This document shows positions 11,737 through 22,461 of a stretch of 64,000 nucleotides of DNA, piece by piece (position 1 is the stretch's first letter; each line of letters opens with the position of its first letter). The stretch comes from an uncultured delta proteobacterium (GTDB lineage: Bacteria > Myxococcota > Myxococcia > Myxococcales > Myxococcaceae). Made by a program: the position numbers and the translations under genes. Location of the stretch: the NCBI GenBank assembly GCA_963771175.1, contig CAVYSY010000039.1, positions 320,001 to 384,000 of the forward strand. The letters run 5' to 3'. Under the pieces are notes generated by a model. The model was not told where the DNA came from. It made no database searches and saw only the letters and a program-made list of their open reading frames with translations.

Positions 11737-14700
11737 GGCAGGACCTCCCCCGAAGCAGTGGGCGGAGTGGGCGCGGCGCTGCCAGCGGGCGGCACGGCCT
11801 TGGGTGCGGGCTCCGGGGCGGCGGGAGCAGCGGGTGCGGCGGGCTCCGGAGTGACATCGGCCTGGCCGGACGCCCCGAGGTCCGAGTCCTTGGCCACGTC
11901 CGCGGTGACGAAGAACTCGCTGCCGCGATAGGGCACCTGGCGCACCTGCGCGTAGACACCGGGGCGGTAGCGGTTCACCTGCTCCTGCGCGGCCAGCGTC
12001 CACTCGTTGTAGAGCGACAGCTCGTAGGCCTTGCCCAGCGCCTTCTCGAGCACCTCGGTGGACTTGTCCTCCAGCGGGAGCGCGAGGTTCTCCAGCTCGC
12101 CGCGGTACATGGCGAGCTGCTCCTCGTCGAGCCCGGACGGATCCGGCGACTCGAGGATGTTGCGCGCGAAGTCCGCGTAGGCGAGGCCGATGCGGGTGAT
12201 GGCGGCGATGCCCCACTCTCCCGAGCCGGTGGCCGCCACATCCGTGTAGGCCTTCTCCAACCGCTGGATGGACTGCTGCTTGGCGGCGAGGTCGCGCCGG
12301 ATGGTGGAGACACGCTTGAACTTGATGTCCACGTAGCGCTGCCAGTCGGGCTCCAGAGCGAGGAAGCGCGCGTGGCCGTAGGCGTTGAGCAGCTCCGGCC
12401 GCTGCCGCTCCTGCGCGGGCAGCCGGGACCAGCCGCGGACGAGCTCTCCCTGGACGCGCTCGGCCTCGCGCGTGTTCTTCACCTTCCGGTACGCGAGGAG
12501 CTGCCGGTAGCGAGCGAGGTACACCTGCCCGCCCGCGGTGCGCGAGTCGCGCCCGTACGTCTCGACGAAGGAGTCGAAGGCACGCGCCGCCTCGGCCCAC
12601 TTGCCGTCCTTCTCGTGGACGAGTCCGAGGTTGTAGGCAATGCGCGGCACATCCGGCCGATCCTTGAAGCGCGCCATGTACGCGCGGTAGGCGGTGAGGG
12701 CCTTGTCGGACTCGCCCACGCCCTCCCACCAGAGGCCGGCGTTGAAGAGGGCATCCGGTACCCACGCGGAGGCCTCGGCGAGCAGCTCGCGGCGCTCCTC
12801 GTCCTTCTGGGCCCGGGCCTCGTCGGCGCTCGGCGCATCACCGGACAGGGACTCCTTGGCGTCCTTGCCCTTCTTGGGTGCCGCCTTGGCCTTCTTCGCC
12901 TTGCGAGCATCGACCGAGCGCATGGCGGCGTCATGGGCGTCCACGAAGGCGGCGTACATGGCGGCGGCCTTGCGGAACTCCGCGAGCTTCTCGTAGAGGC
13001 GCGCGAGCGTGTAGCGAACCTTGGGCTCGAAGACGCTGCCCGCGTAGTCGGTAAGGACGCGCACGCCGGCGTCCGCGCCCCGGTCGAGCTGCCCGGCCTC
13101 CTGGAAGATGACCATGGCCGACGTCAGCGCCCGGTCCGCGTTCTCCGACCTGGGGAACTCCTTGACGTACTCGAGGAACAGCTCGGCCGCCTTCGCCGGG
13201 TTCTTCTCCTTCTGGTAGACGACCTCGTGGATCCACTTGTACTGCGAGCCTTCCACGACCCGGGCCACGCGCGCGGCGAACTCGGGGCTGGGCTTGAGCA
13301 GCTTCTCGTTGGCGAGGAACTTCCGGGAGAGCTGGTTGAGCTCCAGCCACTCCTCGCGCGACTCGAGCACGTACATCGTCAGGTCCGCCGCGTCACGCGA
13401 GCGCCGCTCCGCGGGGAACTTGTTGATGATCTCCCCGAAGCGACGAGCGGCCTCCAGGTAGTGGTGCCGATCGTAGACGATGAGTGCCGACTGGTAGCGC
13501 AGGTCGATCTCGTCCGGGTTGTCCGGATAGAGCGTGTTGTACGTGTCGCACGCGGCCACCAGCCGCTCCTCGAAGCGAGTGAGCGGCTCCTCGGCCTGAT
13601 CCGTGTCCTTCTTGGTGAGGCGGCCCTTCTTCTCGACGTGACCCTTGGACTTGTTCTCGTCGACCTTCTGACCATCCTTGAGATCGCTCTTGGAGAGCTG
13701 GCCGCGCTCGATCTTCACCAGCTTGTCGTAGGCCATGATGGCCGCGAAGGACGCGTTCTTGCGGTACGCCTCGTTGGACACCTCGCGGGCCGAGTCGCGA
13801 TCCGGAATCTTGAAGGCCACCACGGTGTCGTACTCGGCGGCGGCGGCCTCCCACTCCTCCAGGGCCCAGAGGATTTCCGCGTAGAAGAACCGCATGTTGA
13901 AGGCGGCGTCGGCGACGAACTCGGGGTCATCGCTGGAGGCGAAGGCGTCCACGTACTGTTTGTAGATGTCGCGGGCGAGCTTGTACGTCTCCACCTGGCG
14001 CGTCTTCTGCGCCTCCTGGTGGTAGTCCGTCACCATCACGCGCATGGCCTCCTCGGTGACGCTGAAGGCGTTGCGCAGCACGGCCTTGTTGTCGCCGTTG
14101 GCCCGCCACCACGCGGCGCCGGGCCGGTACAGCTCGACCATGCGCTTCATCTCCGTGCGCACCTGGTTGCGCTGACGCAGGCCCTCGTAGCAGCGGACGA
14201 TGGACTGCTGATACTCGGGCGCGCTGGGACCCATCGGAGCGTCGTTGATGAGGACGCGGTACGTCTTGATGGCGCTGTCGAAATGGCCCGCCTCCACCAG
14301 GCCGCCGGCCATCTTGGAGATCAGCCGCGTCTGCCGCTTCTGGGGAGCCTTCTTCTTGAAGTAGACGATGCCCTCCGCCGGCTTGTCGAGCTGCACGTAG
14401 AAGAGTGTCAGGTCGTTGAGCGCCTCCGTCTTGAGGTCACCCAGCTCCTCCCCGCGAGCCTCGGCGTAGTCCACCACCTCCTGCAGCTTCGCGAGGCCCT
14501 CCTCGTAGGCGCCCCCGTTGAAGTCACACCACGCCAGCTTGTAGACGGCGTAGGCGTACACCTTGGGTACCTTCGACACGCGCGCCTTCTCGTAGTAGTC
14601 GCGCGCCTCCTTCAGCTTGTTGTTGTCGAAGTAGTGGTTGCCGAGCTGGACGTACGTGTCCGGGACGAACTGCGACTGCGGGAACTCCTGGATGAGCTGC

Positions 14701-15317
14701 AGGTAGCGCTTCACCGCGTCGTCGCGCCGGCCGAGCTCCTGCAGGTTGTAGCCGAGGTAGAAGAGGATCTCGTCGCGCTGCGGCCAGTCCGCGTAGGCGC
14801 TCAGCAGCTCCTCGTAGATGCGCATCGTCTCGGCGCGGTAGCGCTCGCTGTCGCGGTGGTCCTCCTTGGGCGCCTCCAGCTTCTCGCCCCGGGCGGTGGC
14901 CGCGTCATGAACCTTCTCCTCCGCCAGGTAGCGGTTCATCTCCTGCTGGTAGAGGTACTTGGACTTCTCCCAGTAGAGCTCGGCCAGGCGGTAGAGCATG
15001 TCCGCCTTGCGGTGCGAGCCCTCCTGCAGCTTGGGGATGAGGCGCTTGAAGCCCTCGATGGCCTCGTCGCGCTTGCGATCCGCCAGCCCATCCTTCTTCG
15101 CGTCGGCGATGCGGGGCGTGTTGTCCAGCGCCGCCGGCCCCATGCGTGCCGGCCCCTGACGCTCCGAGTCACGACGCGCGGGCTCCTGGCGCGCGGCTTC
15201 CTTACGAGCCTGCGCTGCCTGGGATGGCTTGCGAGAAGGCTGTGCCGCCTCCCCTGCTCCGCCCGTGGTGAGCGCCACGCCCACCACCAGCGCACCGAAA
15301 CGAAGGACCGCCTTCAT
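11733..15317 (-). CDS. nfsD: NfsD (GltD/AgmU family) large periplasmic TPR protein, 1194 aa
   Basis: Signal peptide, KADMLYRLAELYWEKS, tandem TPRs, C-terminal PLEDKSTEVLEKALGKAYELSLYNEWT typical of GltD. Confidence 0.9.
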   Translation of the reverse strand: MKAVLRFGALVVGVALTTGGAGEAAQPSRKPSQAAQARKEAARQEPARRDSERQGPARMGPAALDNTPRIADAKKDGLADRKRDEAIEGFKRLIPKLQEGSHRKADMLYRLAELYWEKSKYLYQQEMNRYLAEEKVHDAATARGEKLEAPKEDHRDSERYRAETMRIYEELLSAYADWPQRDEILFYLGYNLQELGRRDDAVKRYLQLIQEFPQSQFVPDTYVQLGNHYFDNNKLKEARDYYEKARVSKVPKVYAYAVYKLAWCDFNGGAYEEGLAKLQEVVDYAEARGEELGDLKTEALNDLTLFYVQLDKPAEGIVYFKKKAPQKRQTRLISKMAGGLVEAGHFDSAIKTYRVLINDAPMGPSAPEYQQSIVRCYEGLRQRNQVRTEMKRMVELYRPGAAWWRANGDNKAVLRNAFSVTEEAMRVMVTDYHQEAQKTRQVETYKLARDIYKQYVDAFASSDDPEFVADAAFNMRFFYAEILWALEEWEAAAAEYDTVVAFKIPDRDSAREVSNEAYRKNASFAAIMAYDKLVKIERGQLSKSDLKDGQKVDENKSKGHVEKKGRLTKKDTDQAEEPLTRFEERLVAACDTYNTLYPDNPDEIDLRYQSALIVYDRHHYLEAARRFGEIINKFPAERRSRDAADLTMYVLESREEWLELNQLSRKFLANEKLLKPSPEFAARVARVVEGSQYKWIHEVVYQKEKNPAKAAELFLEYVKEFPRSENADRALTSAMVIFQEAGQLDRGADAGVRVLTDYAGSVFEPKVRYTLARLYEKLAEFRKAAAMYAAFVDAHDAAMRSVDARKAKKAKAAPKKGKDAKESLSGDAPSADEARAQKDEERRELLAEASAWVPDALFNAGLWWEGVGESDKALTAYRAYMARFKDRPDVPRIAYNLGLVHEKDGKWAEAARAFDSFVETYGRDSRTAGGQVYLARYRQLLAYRKVKNTREAERVQGELVRGWSRLPAQERQRPELLNAYGHARFLALEPDWQRYVDIKFKRVSTIRRDLAAKQQSIQRLEKAYTDVAATGSGEWGIAAITRIGLAYADFARNILESPDPSGLDEEQLAMYRGELENLALPLEDKSTEVLEKALGKAYELSLYNEWTLAAQEQVNRYRPGVYAQVRQVPYRGSEFFVTADVAKDSDLGASGQADVTPEPAAPAAPAAPEPAPKAVPPAGSAAPTPPTASGEVLP

Positions 15318-15368
15318 GCGAGCTCCTGTGGTGGGTCCGAAGGAAGAAGTGCTCCAGCTCGCGCGGCA

Positions 15369-16904
15369 TCACTGCTGCTGGAGCTTCGCCGGGCAGCCGC
15401 GCTTGAGCGTGTACTGGTAGTAGCCAATCTCGTCGCGCCAGAACTCGCCCTGGAACTTCCAGTAGTTCCACGCGGCTCCCGGCATCTTCGGCCGGTAGAT
15501 GGACTGGCTCTTGAGCACCGCCTTCTGATCCACCCCCGCGAGCAGCAGATCCTTCTCGTCGAGCGCTGTCTGCACGCGGATGATCTCCGCCTGATCCGCG
15601 AAGGTGCGCAGGTTCTGTGCGGCCTCCTGCAGACGGCTCTTGGCGAAGCGACCGCCGATCTGGATGAGCGTGCCTCGCACCTCCTCCAGCAAACCCACCA
15701 TGTCCGGAACGACTCCCGTGCCGCGCCAGGAGTCCAGCTCGTTGAGTGCGCGCTTCTCCTCGTCCACCTGGGCGATCATCCGCATGACGTCCTGGATGCG
15801 CTCGTTGTCGCGGATCCACAGGTACACGGGGCCGGGCAGCCGCCGGTTCTCCGCCGCCACCAGGTTGTACGCGGACAGCAGTTCCACGTCCTCCCCGGTG
15901 AAGGGCTCGAGCTGCTTCGCCATGGGCTCGTAGAGCTGGTCGAAGGCGGCCAGCGTGGTCTTCACCTCGTCGAAGAGGCAGCTGTAGTAGTAGACGGTCG
16001 CCTTGAGGATCCACGACTCGGGCTGGAAGGCGCCCTCGAACTGGGGAGCGTGCAGCGCCTGGAGGCTGCCGAGCGCCCCGCCGAAGTCCTCGCTCTGGAA
16101 GCGGGCGAAGCCGTTCTCGAAGAGGGCCTGGTCCCAGAAGCGGGCGTAGCGAGGCACGGCCTCGTAGGCGGCGATGGCCTGCGGGTACTCGTGGCGGCCG
16201 TAGTGCAGGCGCCCCATGGCCAGCAGCGCGAGCTGCCGCACCTCGTCCTTGCCGATCTGCTCGCCCTTGGCGTCCAGCGAGTGGCGGAAGGCACTCAGCG
16301 CGGCGGCATCCAGCGTATCCGCCTCGGCGGGACGGCCGGGGAAGCGCGGATCCGCCAGCACCACGCCCAGCAGGTAGCGCGAGCGTGAATAGACGCGGCT
16401 GTCGGGCGGCACCGCCTCGAGCATCGCGCGCGCCTCCTCGAAGCGACCGCGGCGCTGGCTGATGGTGCCCACCAGGTAGTTGACGCGGGCGAGCACCTCC
16501 TTGGGCAGCCGCACCCACTGGTCCCGCACCTCGGGCGTGTACGCCTTGTCGAGGATGTTGGGCACGAGGTTCTGCTCGTTGAGCTTCTGCTGCACGTCCA
16601 CGAGCCCCTCCAGCGCCTGGAGGTAGTTCGGGTGCGTGGGGCCGGCGTTGACGATCCGCGCGTAGTTGACGAGCGCGCTGACGGGCATGCCCTTCCGGGC
16701 GAAGGACTGCGCCAGGTAGTACTCGGACCGGGCGCGCACGTCGGCGTCCATCGCGTTCGAGGACAGCTCGAAGAAGCGCGGGGCCGCATCATCCAGCTTG
16801 CCCGCGTTGAAGGCCGCGAGCGCCTGGTTGTACGCGTTCATGTCCTGCGCGGTGGCGACCAGCGGCGCGAGGACCAGGAAGGCGGAGAGAATCAATCGGT
16901 GCAT
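15369..16904 (-). CDS. nfsC: NfsC (GltC family) periplasmic TPR protein
   Basis: Signal peptide, TPRs, C-terminal YWKFQGEFWRDEIGYYQYTLKRGC (GltC-type). Confidence 0.88.
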   Translation of the reverse strand: MHRLILSAFLVLAPLVATAQDMNAYNQALAAFNAGKLDDAAPRFFELSSNAMDADVRARSEYYLAQSFARKGMPVSALVNYARIVNAGPTHPNYLQALEGLVDVQQKLNEQNLVPNILDKAYTPEVRDQWVRLPKEVLARVNYLVGTISQRRGRFEEARAMLEAVPPDSRVYSRSRYLLGVVLADPRFPGRPAEADTLDAAALSAFRHSLDAKGEQIGKDEVRQLALLAMGRLHYGRHEYPQAIAAYEAVPRYARFWDQALFENGFARFQSEDFGGALGSLQALHAPQFEGAFQPESWILKATVYYYSCLFDEVKTTLAAFDQLYEPMAKQLEPFTGEDVELLSAYNLVAAENRRLPGPVYLWIRDNERIQDVMRMIAQVDEEKRALNELDSWRGTGVVPDMVGLLEEVRGTLIQIGGRFAKSRLQEAAQNLRTFADQAEIIRVQTALDEKDLLLAGVDQKAVLKSQSIYRPKMPGAAWNYWKFQGEFWRDEIGYYQYTLKRGCPAKLQQQ

Positions 16905-16915
16905 GGGCGCGGGCC

Positions 16916-18071
16916 TCAGAAGAGAAGGGAGAAGCCGGCGTAGAAGCCGAGGTTGTTGAGCACGTCCGAGGAGGGATTGCCGACCAGGTCCTTCCCCAGG
17001 ACGATGTCCTCGCGGTAGTTCTTGCGCGTCTTCGGGTCCACCCCGTCGAACTTCTGGTACTGGCAGCCTCCGCTCAGCCCCAGCTCCGAGAAGGGCGCCC
17101 CGCTGCCTCGGGCATCCTCCAGCTTCTGGAAGTCCTGCAGGTTGCAGCCGTCCACGCGATCCACGCGGGCGGTGTAGATCTGATCGCGCACCTCCAGGCG
17201 CACGGCCATGGAGTCGCCGAACTGCACGCGGAAGCCGCCACCCACCGAGCCGAGGAACTTCGTCCCCGTGTCACCGAAGCGCGCCGGGACGGTGAACGAC
17301 TCCCCATCCACCTCGTTGGAGACTTCGGGGCGGATGAGCACGCGCGTGGAGCCGATGCCCGCGCCACCGTTGATCACCAGGCTGAACTGCAGCAGGTGGT
17401 CGTCGTAGAAGGCGAACTTGCCGTAGAGCGGCGTCACCTCGACGCCCGCCTGCGCCCCCCACACCAGCAGCAGCGCCGAAGCCGCCTGCGCCTGCTCGCG
17501 CACCTTGTCGATGAGCTCCAGGTTGAAGAAGCTCTCGTTGGAGTACCAGTTGTACTGGGTGGACACCTGGAGGCCGAAGTTCTCCTGCAGGTGGTACGTG
17601 TAGTGGAGCGCGGTGCCGGTGTGCTGGGTGAACTGGCCGTTCACCTGTGCCACCACCGGGTAGAGCGAGAACTCGTGCCTGCCCTCGTCCGCGAAGCGCT
17701 TCTTCTGCACCACGTGGACGGCCACGTTCGGGTTGTGCAGCGGCGCCCCGTTCACCAGCCGTTGCTGGTTCGGGTCCGCCACCGGCTGCAGCTCGAGCGC
17801 CTCGGACGAGGCCAGCGGCGCATCCGGCACCGTGACGGGCGTCTGGGCCTCCGGCGCCTGCTCGGACGTGGAGCGGCTCGGGCTGCTCGGCCTCGGGCCG
17901 CTGCGGCCGGGGCTCTGGCTTCACGGGGATGGGCGCCATCTCCGAGGGAGTCGCGGGGAGGTCCCGCGGAGCCGCGGCGGAGGCGGTGGGCCGCGCGGAC
18001 TGGGGCGCCTGGGCCAGGGCCGCCGGAGCAGCCGCGGCCAGGAGGAACGCGAAGAGCGAGGTGGGTCGCAT
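16916..18071 (-). CDS. nfsB: NfsB (GltA/GltB family) outer-membrane beta-barrel; frameshift(s) in the Pro-rich linker near 17870-17930
   Basis: Signal MRPTSLFAFLLAAA, VHVVQKKRF...GRHEFSLY, TPLYGKFA, terminal GFSLLF. Confidence 0.85.
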
Positions 18072-18084
18072 GGGGACGTCAGCC

Positions 18085-18903
18085 TCAGAAGAGGAAGGTG
18101 TAGCCAAGGTCGAACTGCACCAGGTGCGTCAGACCCGGGTTGGGCGCGGGCTCACCACTCTCCCGCCCCGCCTCCCAGTCCTCGCGCGACACGTTCACGC
18201 GGTACTGGTCCATGAAGACCCAGTCGCGCAGCTCGAAGCGGAGGGCGTGCTGGCCTCCCGGCAGGAAGAAGCGGAACCCCGCCGCCCCGGAGGCCACTGG
18301 CGCCACGCGCGACTCGACGCGCCAGTAGTTCTCGGTCGCGGTGGAGCGATCGATCGGGTCCGTCCGGTTGTCACAGATGCCCAGCTCGCGATCCTTCACC
18401 TGGGTGCACTGGATCACCGACTGGCGCCGCAGCGAGGCCAGCCCGCCGCCGCCCCAGAGGTACACCTGGAAGTGGACCGTCACGTCGGCCAGCAGCGACA
18501 GCTTGCCGTAGATGGGCGCCCAGCGGGCCCCCACCACGCCGTGCAGATTCATCTCCCACAGGTCCTCGAGCTCGTCGGTGATCTTCTTGTCGTCCCGGCT
18601 GAGGAAGCTCTCGGAGATGGAGCGCGCCAGGCCCGTCTGGCGGCTGAGCGCATAGCCGGCGCGGGCCTCCACGCCGAACGTGTTGAAGAGGTTGTAGGCG
18701 ACGCCGACGTTCAGGTTGTAGTGCGCCGTCAGGTACTCGCGCAGCGGCAGGCCCACCGTGAAGGACACCTCCATGTTCTCCTCCGGAGAGAAGAGCCGGT
18801 GGCGCACGACGGCCGGATCCAACACCTGCTCCTGGGCCGAGGCGGACAGCGCCGTCAGCAGGAGCGCCAGCGAAACGAAGCGGGGTAGCGTTCGTGCAGT
18901 CAT
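18085..18903 (-). CDS. nfsA: NfsA (GltA/GltB family) outer-membrane beta-barrel
   Basis: Signal peptide, VVRHRLF, WAPIYGKLSL, terminal LGYTFLF. First gene of the cluster. Confidence 0.85.
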   Translation of the reverse strand: MTARTLPRFVSLALLLTALSASAQEQVLDPAVVRHRLFSPEENMEVSFTVGLPLREYLTAHYNLNVGVAYNLFNTFGVEARAGYALSRQTGLARSISESFLSRDDKKITDELEDLWEMNLHGVVGARWAPIYGKLSLLADVTVHFQVYLWGGGGLASLRRQSVIQCTQVKDRELGICDNRTDPIDRSTATENYWRVESRVAPVASGAAGFRFFLPGGQHALRFELRDWVFMDQYRVNVSREDWEAGRESGEPAPNPGLTHLVQFDLGYTFLF

Positions 18904-19173
18904 GGTCCCTGTGGGGCCACGATGTGTGCACGCGCCTTCCCATGAGCAATGGAGCGGGCGCTCCAGTGGGGCGCAGTTCGCATCCCCGGGGCGAGGAGCG
19001 ACCGCTGGCCAACGTTTCGAGCCCCTCCCGAGCCCGCAAACACGAACGCCCCGCCCGGGAAACCCGGAGCGGGGCGTCGTGGCTGGACCCTGTGGCGGTG
19101 CCTGGAGGCTCGGTAGGACGAGGAACCCGGCCCTCTCCTGGTCAGGAGAGGGAGCACACACAGGGTTACCGCA

Positions 19174-19851
19174 TTACTTGCCGCGGGAGGCCTTGTGCTG
19201 CTCGCGCATCGCGACCTTGATGCTCGGGCGGACGACGACGATGCCGTCGTTGTGGCCGGGGACGGCGCCCTTGATGAGGAGCAGGCCCTTCTCCACGTCC
19301 ACGTCCACCACGGTCAGGTTCTGGGTGGTCACCTGCTCCACGCCGTAGTGACCGGGCATCTTCTTGTTCGGGTACACGCGGCCAGGCGTCTTACGCTGAC
19401 CGATGGCGCCCGGGTGACGCTGGTACTCGTGCGTACCGTGCGTCTTCGTCTGCGAGCCCTGGAAGTTCCAGCGCCGCATGACGCCCGCGAAGCCACGGCC
19501 CTTGGTGATGCCGGTGACGTCCACGAGCTGGCCCTTGGTGAACAGGTCCGCCTTGACGGCGTCGCCCACGTTGAAGCCCGCGGCCTCCTCCGCGGAGACC
19601 CGGAACTCCTTCAGGTGACGGCGCGGCGGCGCGTTGGCCTTCTTGAAGGAGCCGATCTGCGCCTTGCGTCAGGCGCTTCTCGCTGGATCTCCCCGAAGCC
19701 CAGCGCCACGCGCCGAGTACTTGTCCTTCTCCGGGGTGCGCTTGCCCACGACCACGCAGGTGTTGACGTCGATCACCGTCACCGGGACGAGGTTACCCTC
19801 GTCGTTGAACACCTGGGTCATTCCAATCTTCTTGCCAATCAGACCCTTCAC
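19174..19851 (-). CDS. rplC: 50S ribosomal protein L3 (frameshifts near 19650-19720)
   Basis: [14 protein letters not shown]...[65 protein letters not shown]. Confidence 0.97.
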
Positions 19852-19945
19852 GTCGTCCTCACAGCTCGCGCGTCGTGGCGCGAAAACATCAATGATTCCA
19901 GCAGGTTGCGTCCGACTTCAGTCCCCGGACGCCAGGAAGCGGCGC

Positions 19946-19973
19946 AATGTAGCAGCTTGCCCCCCACCGTCAA
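19946..19973 (-). promoter_or_regulatory. Sigma70-type promoter for rplC
   Basis: Minus strand TTGACG-N16-TACATT with an extended -10 TG, about 95 nt upstream of the start. Confidence 0.65.
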
Positions 19974-19995
19974 GCACGGAGGGAGGGGCCCCGCT

Positions 19996-20771
19996 TCACT
20001 GCGCGCGATCCAATCGCGGGTAGAACGGTGCGAGCTGGCGCATCGGCGATGCGCTGGGCGTACACGTCCTCGCCGAGGAGGAACAACGCCTGATCCAGGT
20101 AGTCCTCCGCGGCCTGGACCTCCTCCTCCTTGTCGGCGATCGCCGGGTCGAGCTCCGCCATGGCCTCATCGAGGACCTCCTTGCGGGCGGCCAGCTCGTC
20201 CTCCAGCTCGAGCAGGCGCTTGTGGGCCAGGATGCCGGCGGCACCGGGCTGACCGGGCCTGGGAGTGAGCGCCTGGGCGACATCCCGCTCCAGGTTCTCC
20301 ACCTCGCGGGTGAGCCGCATCTGCTGGATGCGGTTCTTCTTCAGGTTCTCGCGGGAGACGCCCAGCTTGGACTCGTCCTGGGTGGTGAGCTCCAGGTCGG
20401 CGTGCTTCTGCTCCACCTTCTTGAGCGCGTCCTGGGCGTACCGGAGGTCCGCGCGGCGGGTGGACAGCGTCTTGCGGAGGGTCTTCGTCCGCCCCTCCAC
20501 GGCGTCCACCGCCTTCTTCCACTTCTTCACGATTTCGAACTGGGCCGCCCGGCTCCGCCTCGTGCTGGGCGAGGTAGTCCTGCCAGACCGCGTCCTCGTC
20601 GTTCATCTGCTGCTCGAGCGCGGCCAGCTCATCCCGCCGGGCCACCAGCGCCTCCTCGGCGCGGTAGACCCGGTCCATGGTGCGAGGGCAGTTGGGCTTG
20701 CCCGCGAGGCGATCCCTCGCGAGATCCCCCAGCTGGAAGATCAGATCGTTGTAGCTGTCGGCCTTGGCCAT
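19996..20771 (-). CDS. Conserved coiled-coil hypothetical protein (frameshifted)
   Basis: MAKADSYNDLIFQLGDL... continues in other frames as a Glu/Lys-rich heptad-like sequence ending PFYPRLDRAQ. Confidence 0.75.
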
Positions 20772-20804
20772 GCCCCCTGTTTTACAGGGAAGGCAAGCGG
20801 GCTG

Positions 20805-21281
20805 TCAGCTTTCAGCCGGAGCGGCGGCGACCGAGGAGGCGTTGGCCTCGGCGGCGGCCTGGGCGGCCCCTTCGGCGAGGGCGAAGAGCTCCCGGGCCCG
20901 ATCCTGCTCCTCGGTGCGGTTGAGCTCGCAGACCCAGGCGCTGGAGAGGTCCGCGTGCTGGCGGGCCAGCTCGGCGGTGGACTCGTAGCGGGCCGCGGAG
21001 GCCCGGGCGAAGGCGCCCTCCCGGCGCAGCTCCAGCACGGTATCGCCGTCGAGGATGAGCTCCTCGGGCGGCACGGGCAGCGGCCCGCGTCCGAGCGCCG
21101 CCAGCCGGGCCAGCAGCCGCGAGGCGTGCGCCCGGCAGAAAGCGGCGAGCACCATCAACCGCGCCCGCCCGCGGCTATCGCCGAGGCGTTCGGCGAGCAT
21201 CGTCATGCGACGCGCCGAAACCACCTCGGATTCCCAGGCCGCGGCCAGCGCCGCGGCCAAGCGGGTATGCCTTGCACCCAT
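20805..21281 (-). CDS. Hypothetical all-helical protein (possibly ferritin-like bundle)
   Basis: Clean 158-aa Ala/Arg/Leu-rich ORF with strong GGGGAGG RBS. The fold assignment is a guess. Confidence 0.65.
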   Translation of the reverse strand: MGARHTRLAAALAAAWESEVVSARRMTMLAERLGDSRGRARLMVLAAFCRAHASRLLARLAALGRGPLPVPPEELILDGDTVLELRREGAFARASAARYESTAELARQHADLSSAWVCELNRTEEQDRARELFALAEGAAQAAAEANASSVAAAPAES

Positions 21282-21351
21282 CAGCCCTCCCCAAGTCCAG
21301 CCCCCGATCCCGGCTCGAAGCTAGGGATGGACTCCTGCGGATTCAACCGAG

Positions 21352-22426
21352 TCACCCGAAAGCGCGCTCCATCAACCAATACCCGCCGGCCGCGAGGATG
21401 AGGAGGGAGAGAGCGCGCACCGTTGGCTGGTGGACCCGAGGTCGTCGTTGCACCAGCCGCACGAGCGGCAACAGCGCGGCGACGACGGCCGTCTGCCCCA
21501 GCTCCACCCCCAGGTTGAAGCCGAACAGTCCCGTCACCACCGAGTCCCCCAGGCCATAGCCGCGCAGCACGCTGGCGAAGCCGAAGCCGTGGATCAGCCC
21601 GAAGAGGAACGTGAGGACGGCCCGGTGGCGGTGCTCGCGCAGCACCAGGTTCTCCACCGCCACCCAGATGATGGACACGGCGATGGCCGCCTCCACCCAG
21701 CGGGTGCGCGCCTCGTCCAGGAGGATGAAGCCCAGCGCGGTGGCTCCCAGGGTGAGCGAGTGCGCCACGGTGAAGGCCGTCACCAGCAGCAGCACCCGCC
21801 GGAAGCTGCCCCCCACCAGCAGCAGGGCCAGCAGGAAGGCCAGGTGATCGATCCCCGCGAAGATGTGGGTGAGCCCCAGGCCGATCCACTCGAGCAGGCC
21901 CGAGGGCTTCTCCTGGCCCTCCTGTCCCGGCTCGGACACCACGAGGGTGGGCTGGGAGGCATCCGCGAAGCGCTGCCCCTGCTCGCCCTGCACGGAGCTG
22001 CCGAGCACCACCTTGTAGTTGGCCGGCAGCACGGACAGCAGGGTGAAGCGCTGGCGCGAGCTCGCCGGGCGGACACGAGAAGGCGGCGCCGAGCTCCACG
22101 TACGTCTCGCGCACCCGGGCGGAGACCTCGGTGCGGGTGCAGGGCTGGCCGCCGGCGGACAGGGGGATGGCGTCCCAGATGCCCACGGCCAGCGCCGGGG
22201 CGCGCGCGTCCAGGTCCGCCTGGGTGAGCGTGCCGTCCCCGTCCGCGTCCGCGGGGATGAGCAGGGCGAGCGTCGGGGCCGTGAGGGTGATGCGCTCGCG
22301 CACCTCCGGCCCGCCCGCGCTGGGGCGCCAGAGCTGCGCGAAGAGGATGTCCGCGTCGTGAGCGCCCGCGCTCCCCGCCACCAGCAGGAGGGCGAGGGGT
22401 ACCGCCAATCGGGCCGTCCGCCACAT
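21352..22426 (-). CDS. HupE/UreJ-family membrane protein with N-terminal exported domain; one frameshift near 22060
   Basis: Signal ending AGAH, DADGDG loop, LGLTHIFAGIDHLAFLL, TAFTVAHSLTL, FGLIHGFGFA, FNLGVELGQ. Confidence 0.9.
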
Positions 22427-22461
22427 GGGCCCGGCAGACTGCCCCCGGTCCCCGCCTCCGT

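Noticed and set aside
11724..16388. 1554-aa plus-strand ORF (and similar long antisense ORFs at 41205-43391, 59436-61484 and 61246-63084)
   Set aside because: Shadow ORFs opposite real genes, caused by high-GC codon bias; no motifs.
7328..18903. Calling the cluster the gliding-motility glt locus
   Set aside because: Contiguous A-H order, absence of gltI/J/K and the neighbourhood fit the nfs paralogues better.
18997..19011. Possible sigma54 promoter upstream of nfsA (minus strand TGGCCAGCGGTCGCT)
   Set aside because: GG-N9-GC spacing rather than the required N10; valid only if a base is missing in the assembly.
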